From positions 29,074,121 through 29,119,720 of the forward strand of contig NC_068987.1 in assembly GCF_001194135.2 (NCBI RefSeq): 45,600 nucleotides of DNA. The letters run 5' to 3'. Shown here piece by piece: positions 36,950-45,600 of this stretch. The position numbers were made by a program, and so were the translations under genes. Positions within the stretch are counted from its first letter, which is position 1. Every line of letters begins with the position of its first letter. A model generated the notes under the pieces. That model made no database searches. It was not told the DNA's origin and saw only the letters and a program-made list of their open reading frames with translations. The stretch is from Octopus bimaculoides. Taxonomy: Eukaryota.

Positions 36950-37480
36950 TTGTCTTTCCCATTTATGAGTGAAGTAGTGAAGGATATGGAAAACAGACCA
37001 GTGCAAGCGGGCAGTTCTGCTGCACTGACTGGCAAAAGCCTGTCAGCGGAGTTACTGCAATTCCTTGAAATAAAAGTTAAAGATAAGAATTTCAAGAAGT
37101 ATAACGACTTGTTGAAAAAGGAGGGAGACTGTCTTAGGCTGACGCCTCCCAAAGAAGTTATTGAGAATACTGAGAAAAGAACTATTATCTACAGAACGTT
37201 AAACATAATAACGAAGAAAGTAGAAATAGCAGCGACAGAAGCAGCAGAGGGGTGTTTAAGAGAAGTGAAGGACTGTACTACGTTCTATACCAGAGGACGG
37301 AATTTTGGTATGGTGGTGGTGCGCTTTGTAAACGAAAATGAATCAAAGAAATACACTCTACAGTGAACTCGAGATCAGCTCATTGGGCACTACAACGTAC
37401 TGGCTGTGGCAAACGTGCGGTCAGAGTAAGGATAGGTAGAGTGTCCACTGAAATTGACGAGGCATAGCTGCTGGAAGCCG
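36950..37480 (+). mobile_element. L1/Tx1-like ORF1 N-terminal part, copy A (truncated)
   Basis: CLRLTPPKEVIENTEKRTIIYRTL...FYTRGRNFGMVVVRF is homologous to copy B and to the 30954 ORF. Confidence 0.8.
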
Positions 37481-37519
37481 TACGACTGCGACAAATTTGT
37501 TGGAGGTACGGGAAGTCAG

Positions 37520-39410
37520 AATTGAACGGGAGAAGTTAGAAGAGTACAAGGAGGTGATCCAGAATGAGTGGCCATGTTTGAGACTGACCCCCTCCAAAGA
37601 GAGTAGTCAACAAAACGAAAAAAAAAAGGACAGTCGTTTACAGAACACTGTTCACAACCAGTAAGAAGATTGAGATAGCTACAGAAGATATAGAGAAATG
37701 TCTGGAAGAAGTAAAGAGTCTTGCAACATTGTACACTAGAGGTAGAAGACATGGAACAGTGGAGGTGGGGTTTGCCACCGAACAAGAGGCGATAAATCAC
37801 TCCACTGTGACGCTGAGGTCACAAGAATGGGTGCTCCTGCCGACCTACTGCGGCAAAAGAGTCGCAAGAATTAGGACAGGATGGATACCACCGGAAATTG
37901 AAGAAGCGTGTCTGGTAGCACGGAACCCACGAAGACGCAGAGATATTACAAGTGGCAAGAACAATGAAAATGAATTGTTGGGTTACGGCTTGGAAGTGGT
38001 TATCCAGGTCACCAAGCAAGACCGGAACGAAATAGCAGGAGAGGTGTTGCTGCCTTAAGATATAAACTGAGAGTGGTGGCAGAAGGGAGACCACCAACCT
38101 GTTACAATTGCGGACAAAAGGGGCACATTAAAATAAAGTGCCCCCAGATAAACAATAAAACCAGAGAAAACCATTATGAACAAAGTCGGAGTATTGAAAT
38201 GACAAACCCAACCCAGAAGGAGTGTATGGAAGAAAAAGAAGAGGAATTTACAGAAGTACCCAAAAGAAAGAGAAAGGAAATAGTAAATACACTCCCGAAA
38301 AAACCCCAAAAGAAATGGAAGAATTGTAAAACAGAAAACAGTGTACAGCAAACACACAAAACACAAGACATAAACACACAGCATACATCACCACCAGGAA
38401 CACCAACAAAAAGAAAAGAAGCCATCCCAGATAGTCCACGTTCAGGCACAGACAGGCATAACACACAGTCCCTCAAAAGGCCCCGTAAAAACAGCATATA
38501 TGATGACGTACAGAAAAATCACGGCAATTGAACGAAGAAAAAGGACAAATCGGTGATTAGAGTTAGATTGCCGACTGAAGATTATACAGAAAGTATAAAT
38601 GTATACTAATAGACTACGAAAGATATGCTAAATTAAAAGTATTGTTCGGTTTAAACATAGACCCACTAGGAGAAGAGATGTCATATAACGCCCTAACATC
38701 AGTTTTGGACAATGACGATTTGAAACCGTATATAAACTGGTAAAACAAGTAAGTAGTTTTAATGTTATAAAACAGAAAAAAGAAAACAGAAGGACCACAC
38801 ATATGCTGTTGTTGTCGGCACTCCGTCGCTTACGACGTCGAGGGTTCCAGTTGATCCGATCAACGGAACAGCCTGCTCGTGAAATTAACGTGCAAGTGGC
38901 TGAGCACTCCACAGACACGTGTACCCTTAACGTAGTTCTCAGGGATATTCAGCGTGACACAGTGTGACAAGGCTGACCCTTTGAATTACAGGCACAACAG
39001 AAACAGGAAGTAAGAGTGAGAGAAAGTTGTGGTGAAAGAGTGCAGCAGTGTTCGCCACCATCCCCTGCCGGAGCCTTGTGGAGCTTTAGGTGTTTTCGCT
39101 CAATAAACACTCACAACGCCCGCTCTGAGAATCGAAACCGCGATCCTACGACCGCGAGTCCGCTGCCCTAACCACTGGGCCATTGCGCCTCCACTACAAC
39201 ACAGAGAAAAAGAAAAAAAATATATAAAAACTTTGATAAACACAGTTAAATGGTACTGCTCGAGAGTGGGGTTTGAGTAACCATTGCACATTCATTTATT
39301 TATAATTCATTATCATTTCTTCCTTTATGTTTTGTGTTCGCACTTGTGTTGTCTGTTTATGTACTGTCCCCTCTATATTGGGCCCTTAGTGGCTAATAAA
39401 GAGATAGTAA
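37520..39410 (+). mobile_element. L1/Tx1-like element, copy B: ORF1 with CCHC knuckle plus 3' UTR, no ORF2 seen
   Basis: CLRLTPSKE...KRTVVYRTL...LYTRGRRHGTVEVGF; intact knuckle CYNCGQKGHIKIKC (CX2CX4HX4C). The tail reads to ~38755 in another frame (DYERYAKLKVLFGLNIDPLGEE...KPYINW*). The UTR ends CTAATAAAGA at ~39403. A SINE is inserted at 38805-39195. Confidence 0.75.
38805..39195 (-). mobile_element. Well-preserved tRNA-derived SINE
   Basis: Minus-strand head GGAGGCGCAATGGCCCAGTGGTTAGGGCAGCGG...GGTTTCGATTCTC has clear A and B boxes. Its 3' domain is shared with 34820. Confidence 0.9.
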
Positions 39411-40363
39411 TTGACGGTGTTAGTTCGATCCTGTAAGTTTACTGTGTTTGGTCGTCGTTTTAGATGTCAGTAGTTGAACAGTGAATACTGAAAATCGTAT
39501 CTATGTTCGAGTAATACGGAATGCGTTCTGTGTTAACATATATTTCTGTTATAGGTTATTTTAGAACACCACAGCCAACTATTTATTTGTGTAGTACCAT
39601 TTTTTCATCAGACGTGTATGCCCATATCCTAGCAAATGCTATAAATAATAGCATGTAAATTATTATCATCTCAAGATTTATTGTCTCAACATATTTTTCA
39701 ACATTTGCGCCATATTTTTTTTTCCTTTCATGATTGTTGTCACTAAGAATGCCGCCATGCTTGGGCACCCAACTTTAGTGGTTTTAACTGATCATGTCGA
39801 CCCCTGGCTTAGGATATTGATCCATATTTATCAAACCGTTAAGTAACCTTGTTCATACAAAACTTTGTTAACACCAATAAACACAAAATCATGGAACAGA
39901 TACCAATACACGAACCGAAGAGAGAGAAAGAAAGAGAATTAGAGGTATACAGACGTTATAGGCAGATAGACAGACGTAGATGGAGTTTGTGACTTTGTGA
40001 GTTTATCTCTCTCTGTATGCCATGATAAACATGTCTTTCTTACGAGAAATTCTTTTCAAACCGACTCCATACAGCGGATGATTCGTCTTTGCTTTCCGTT
40101 CGGTCAAAGGTTCCACGATGATTCAACATAGCTCCTGGCATATAAGGCAGACAATCTAGCATAAACTTATTTAACTCCGGCTGATTATATTCAGCGAAAA
40201 TATACATAGGACATGAACTAATAAGGTATTTAAAATGTGTATTTTCTGTGCAATAGACCGTATATTTTCTATTCGCTTCATTTGTTATTCAGACAATTGT
40301 CATAGCTCTGAAGTCATCGTTTCATGGAGTACTTTTCAATAGTAGTACCTAAATTATATTTCC

Positions 40364-40437
<74 letters not shown>

Positions 40438-40864
40438 NNNNNNNNNNNNNNNNNNNNNNNNNNNNNNNNNNNNNNNNNNNNNNNNNNNNNNNNNNNNNNN
40501 NNNNNNNNNNNNNNNNNNNNNNNNNNNNNNNNNNNNNNNNNNNNNNNNNNNNNNNNNNNNNNNNNNNNNNNNNNNNNNNNNNNNNNNNNNNNNNNNNNNN
40601 NNNNNNNNNNNNNNNNNNNNNNNNNNNNNNNNNNNNNNNNNNNNNNNNNNNNNNNNNNNNNNNNNNNNNNNNNNNNNNNNNNNNNNNNNNNNNNNNNNNN
40701 NNNNNNNNNNNNNNNNNNNNNNNNNNNNNNNNNNNNNNNNNNNNNNNNNNNNNNNNNNNNNNNNNNNNNNNNNNNNNNNNNNNNNNNNNNNNNNNNNNNN
40801 NNNNNNNNNNNNNNNNNNNNNNNNNNNNNNNNNNNNNNNNNNNNNNNNNNNNNNNNNNNNNNNN

Positions 40865-40898
<34 letters not shown>

Positions 40899-40939
40899 TA
40901 TATATCACGTATGTATGTATTTGTGCATTTGTCTTTGAA

Positions 40940-41115
40940 CCTCCCCCCGTCGCTTGTCAGCTGATGTCGGTGTTTTAAACCGTAACTTGGTGGTCGAGCA
41001 AAAGAGGCCATGTTATAACAACTAGGCTTACAAAGAGCAATTTCTGGGATCGATCTGTTCGACTAACAGTGGAGCTCCAACATGGCCGCAGACAAATGAC
41101 TGAAACAAGTAAAAT
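40940..41115 (+). mobile_element. SINE tail (28174 family)
   Basis: CCGTAACTTGGTGGTCGAGCAAAAGAG...GCTCCAACATGGCCGCAGACAAATGACTGAAACAAGTAAAA. Confidence 0.85.
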
Positions 41116-41826
41116 AATAAGATATATATATATATACTGTAGTATTTGTCCTGACATAACGCTTATAAATGTGTTGGGACGAATTTTCGTAATCTCTGAC
41201 AATTATTTCTTCGCAACACAGCACGCTCATAAGAGTAACTGGAATATAAACAGTGTATATATATTATTTCATATGCAGATGGCTAATTTAAGCTTAATAC
41301 TATTTGCATTGCGTACACTGGATCTTTACACAGCCCAGTCGCCATTCGGAACGCCAGTGAAGGTTTTTATTTTTGCTTTCACTATTTCTTGTACAGGAGC
41401 TAACAAATTGTCGTCCGAACATGTAGCTGGGTGCGTTTACAGATCATTGAAACGACCCAAAGGAGGTTGCAATGCAAGTTCTTGAACACGCTAGCTGTGG
41501 CTGGAAAGAACTTTGCCCTCATTGAAATATTTCCTTGTATCTTTAGCTTGCGGCTAATTAAGACAGAGGTAATCTTAAGACAAATACCACAAAATTTTAA
41601 CAAAAATTTAGACAAAAATTTTAACACCGTTGATTAATTAATATAATTACCCCCAACTGATACTGCGGAGTTCCTGAAGTAGATGCAACGGATATATACC
41701 ACAAATTCAGATGACAACAGGTAGCCCAAACTGTGCCCGGGCTCTACGCAACACTTAAACACACTAATCGACTTATAGCTAGCTTTTAGTCCAAAATATT
41801 ATATATATATATATATATACAATATA

Positions 41827-41859
<33 letters not shown>

Positions 41860-43271
41860 TACATATGCATACACAGAAACACATATAACAAAAATATGTG
41901 GTAAAAATTTTAAGATAGCTATCGATAAAGGTAGATTTATAAAATAGCTACGTGTCTGTGCACTCGTGTCACAATGATCATCTAAACGCTTTCAATGAAA
42001 AGCCCTAGCCTGACTGCTTGTCCAGTTTCTAAAACTACCGGAAAGTTAAAAGTATAATATTGTGGTATGTTGTTGTTTTAATACAACTACATAATTAAAG
42101 GAATATTGTAATATTTTGATGATGGGAATATAGAAAATATCTTTAAAACATCAGTCAATTAAGATGAATTCTAGAATACTAGACTAAATCTTCCTTCGAT
42201 GTTCAATTCTTACAAATTCATTTGTCTCTCCATCCCAATTAAACAGCTTTATTCATTAGCAGGTAATCAGTGTTGCGTGTTAATATAAAAGATGTAATTA
42301 CAGATATATTCTGTAACAATAACATTGTGCTATTGTGACTGTTGCCTAACGATAGTTGTAAAATAACTCGCGCTATGCTTCCTGTATCACCGGACATATT
42401 AAGAGCAAAATACAGGTATTGTTGTATATCATATTCGTAATTAACAAACCATTAAATGACTTTAATGAAAATTACTTGACTAACTAGAAATAATGGTTAA
42501 ACCGTCATTTAATCATCTACTAGCACCATAAAAGGAAAACAAAACTTATTTATTGTTCGATGATATCGTTATAGAAAGATGTGTTGGTAACTACTGGAAT
42601 ATTGGAATATTTCGATATTATTTCTGCCAGGTCAAAACTTACCCTGGTCTAAAACCCAATAATGTAGAGAATGCTCTTTTTATAATATACTAAGTAATAT
42701 TAAGTTCTTAATTAATATTACATACTATATAAAGAATTCTTCTATATATAATTATGTTATATAGCACAATGAAGTGAGCCGAAAAATTATCATTAATTAA
42801 AATCACCACGGGTGGTGCACAGAGTCATTAGCTTAATTAATACATAAATATGGTCAAGCAAACCAGAAGAGACAGTATCACTGAATTTTAATTAATTAAT
42901 ATTAATTAAAAATAACATGCAACAAAGCAGTGGGGATTAACACAGATGTAGATGGTATAGTTACGAATCTGGGCACATTCCACGCTTATTACACCTCCTT
43001 AGCAAAATGTAAGCTTTATTGTAATAGAAATGATAAGGGTTAACTTACATTCTGAAACGTTAGTGACTAAAATATACTAGTATCATTTAATACTTTACTG
43101 GAAACTTGAGCATGTTTCTATAAACGAAATCTAAATGTTGCCTTGATTCATTTTAAACCACATGATTTGATTAGTGTAATTAGCAGGTAATTATCTCAAT
43201 GATCAAATGAGATACACTGTTGTTGCATTATATATGTGTGCGTCATATATATATATAATGTGCGCGCGCGC

Positions 43272-43308
<37 letters not shown>

Positions 43309-43777
43309 TGTGAGTGTGTGTGTACATAAAGTTTGAGTGATGATACGAAAGTTAGTATCACTTAACAGAAGAGTTACGTATACTTTTAATAAGTTTGACT
43401 CACCTCCGAATTACTTAAAGACTTCTCGGACCGTGTGACACATGCAATTCCTCAAACATTTGAAGGAATGTCGAAGGTTCGAGACAAAATCTAGGTGGCT
43501 TGTAGGCATTTAGACCTCTATTGGTCAACATAGATAATATTAATGCTATCAAAGTAATACCATTTATTTTCTTTATATATTAGGTCCACGTATTCTGAAA
43601 TAGCGTGACCCTGCGCGTCAGCTTGAAACATAGATTCTTTAGTGATGCCAGATCCCAATCCGGTGCCGCACATGTTGTGTCGGAAGATTGGTGCGGTAGA
43701 GTATTAGTTCAGTCGTTTTTCAGATGTGTCTATAATTCACTGAATGGTGACTGACTCGCACCAACAATGTGACTTAC

Positions 43778-43861
43778 CATGTACAGAACGAAATACAATG
43801 AACTTGAGTGAATGAACAGAGTACGTTGCAGCATGCCAAATTCCTGTCTGAATACGTTGGC
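43778..43861 (-). CDS. Candidate 84-nt internal exon of an unidentified host gene
   Basis: Strong acceptor GCTATTTTCTTCATTTTTAG and perfect donor ATG|GTAAGT. The length is a multiple of 3 and all three frames are open. It lies in unique, non-repeat sequence. No homology was established. Confidence 0.4.
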
Positions 43862-45199
43862 CTAAAAATGAAGAAAATAGCTTTCTTTTCCGAGTTATTC
43901 CAATTCTATTAAAAAAAGGAAAGCGTCTCCATATATAATATGCATATAAGTATGCAATTACATTATTCTACTTTGAAAGGTAAATAACTTTTTATACCTT
44001 NNNNNNNNNNNNNNNNNNNNNNNNNNNNNNNNNNNNNNNNNNNNNNNNNNNNNNNNNNNNNNNNNNNNNNNNNNNNNNNNNNNNNNNNNNNNNNNNNNNN
44101 NNNNNNNNNNNNNNNNNNNNNNNNNNNNNNNNNNNNNNNNNNNNNNNNNNNNNNNNNNNNNNNNNNNNNNNNNNNNNNNNNNNNNNNNNNNNNNNNNNNN
44201 NNNNNNNNNNNNNNNNNNNNNNNNNNNNNNNNNNNNNNNNNNNNNNNNNNNNNNNNNNNNNNNNNNNNNNNNNNNNNNNNNNNNNNNNNNNNNNNNNNNN
44301 NNNNNNNNNNNNNNNNNNNNNNNNNNNNNNNNNNNNNNNNNNNNNNNNNNNNNNNNNNNNNNNNNNNNNNNNNNNNNNNNNNNNNNNNNNNNNNNNNNNN
44401 NNNNNNNNNNNNNNNNNNNNNNNNNNNNNNNNNNNNNNNNNNNNNNNNNNNNNNNNNNNNNNNNNNNNNNNNNNNNNNNNNNNNNNNNNNNNNNNNNNNN
44501 NNNNNNNNNNNNNNNNNNNNNNNNNNNNNNNNNNNNNNNNNNNNNNNNNNNNNNNNNNNNNNNNNNNNNNNNNNNNNNNNNNNNNNNNNNNNNNNNNNNN
44601 NNNNNNNNNNNNNNNNNNNNNNNNNNNNNNNNNNNNNNNNNNNNNNNNNNNNNNNNNNNNNNNNNNNNNNNNNNNNNNNNNNNNNNNNNNNNNNNNNNNN
44701 NNNNNNCTTGCTCAACTTATTTCATTCTGCTCTTATTTGGTGTGTATCGTTATATACACATGCGTTTGCGTCCGTGTTTGTGTGTATATGTATGTGTACA
44801 CGTGTGTGTATGCGTGTGTGCCATTGTTTTTAATAGCTCTACGAACTTCCTCTCAGCCCCATCCCCTGCTCATTTCCCTTCTCGCAGCTGCTGTCCTAGA
44901 ACTCGAAATTTGCTACAGTTCGTGTAGCCCTCTGTGTTTGTGTATTCGCCAACGCAGATGCCATCGTGGTTGTTGTCATTGTCATCGTTTTCACTAATGC
45001 TGTTGTTGTCGTTGTTATTCGTCTTCTTGATATTGTATGTGTATTTGGGTTCGCTTTCTATGTTGTTTATATCCTTACCCTTTATAAAGATATTTTTATT
45101 TAATTAATTTATTTTTCATTTATATTTTATGTATCTCTATTTCTTAATGTCCTAGATATATTTATTCAGTTCTATATTTAAGAGATGAGGAATTATGGA

Positions 45200-45345
45200 C
45201 ATTATTTACATTATTTACATTTGACGGATATTTGTCCTCATCTTGTTTGTTGCTAACACAACATTTCGGCTGGTATACGTCCCAGCCTTCAACAGGTGTC
45301 TTGGGGAAATTTCGAACCTGGGTTCTCATTCCTAATGTATTTTTT
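45200..45345 (-). mobile_element. Penelope-type terminal-repeat fragment
   Basis: Carries the minimal hammerhead at 45255-45300 and is followed by (ATT)n; no ORF. Confidence 0.55.
45255..45300 (-). ncRNA. Minimal type I hammerhead ribozyme remnant (probably inactive)
   Basis: Minus strand: GACAC-CTGTTGA-A-GGCTGG-gacgtata-CCAGCC-GAAA-TG-T-T-GTGTT. Stem I is 5 bp and stem II is a perfect 6 bp. The core has A6->U, and stem III reads TG where CG would give the palindromic AACGTT. Confidence 0.72.
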
Positions 45346-45370
45346 CCATGTTGTTATTATCATTATTATG

Positions 45371-45426
<56 letters not shown>

Positions 45427-45427
<1 letters not shown>

Positions 45428-45600
45428 GAGTGAGAGGGCAGTGCAAGCCATCAAAGTGACACTGGGGTGAATTATCCGAAGCCCATTATACCCATCATGA
45501 CTACCCGTCTGATAATGGTACACCAGGCACATGCATCACAACCATATGTGCGTGACATGGTGATCTCATATCAAGATAAACAGCGCATGACCTCGCAGTT
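45427..45600 (-). mobile_element. TAA-flanked non-coding repeat, 3' part (runs off window)
   Basis: Near-identical to 28793-28970; preceded by (ATT)n. Confidence 0.88.

Noticed and set aside
39120-39195. tRNA gene
   Set aside because: The acceptor and anticodon stems do not pair and the sequence continues into a SINE body, so it is a SINE head.
40030-40150. Mariner-like FDRTESKDES (cf. FLDRIVTGDE)
   Set aside because: Too short and degenerate to call.
42255-43191. 13-mer ATTAGCAGGTAAT repeated at 42255 and 43179, plus many TAATTA motifs
   Set aside because: One such match is plausible by chance in ~2 kb of AT-rich DNA, and there is no conservation data to support an enhancer.

Overview
This is AT-rich, microsatellite-saturated eukaryotic DNA with eight N-gaps (2142-2356, 4587-4883, 5737-5839, 10991-11157, 14687-14758, 17185-18110, 40438-40864, 44001-44706). 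The SINE families look like those of octopus (coleoid cephalopod) genomes; this is my inference from recognition, not a search. I see no intact protein-coding gene, rRNA, tRNA or CRISPR array. Most ORF-track entries are translations of microsatellites or gaps. The window is mainly decayed transposons. It holds six fragments of R4/Dong-type non-LTR retrotransposons (restriction-like endonuclease), most of them next to (TAA)n/(TGA)n repeats. It also holds Penelope-like remnants with hammerhead-ribozyme-like motifs, a full-length dead mariner with 29-bp TIRs inserted into a Dong copy, a gypsy LTR+PBS+gag, L1/Tx1-like ORF1/APE pieces, a CR1/L2-type RT, a Tc1/mariner fragment and many SINEs. The best leads are: (1) several type I hammerhead-like motifs that all seem to carry one extra purine after the CUGANGA core; (2) an apparently ORF1-only, tandemly arranged L1/Tx1-like element; (3) a ~545-bp non-coding repeat always embedded in TAA repeats, a possible Dong parasite; and (4) a few candidate minus-strand host exons of uncertain identity. 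All protein assignments come from manual translation and motif recognition; boundaries are approximate unless motifs are quoted.
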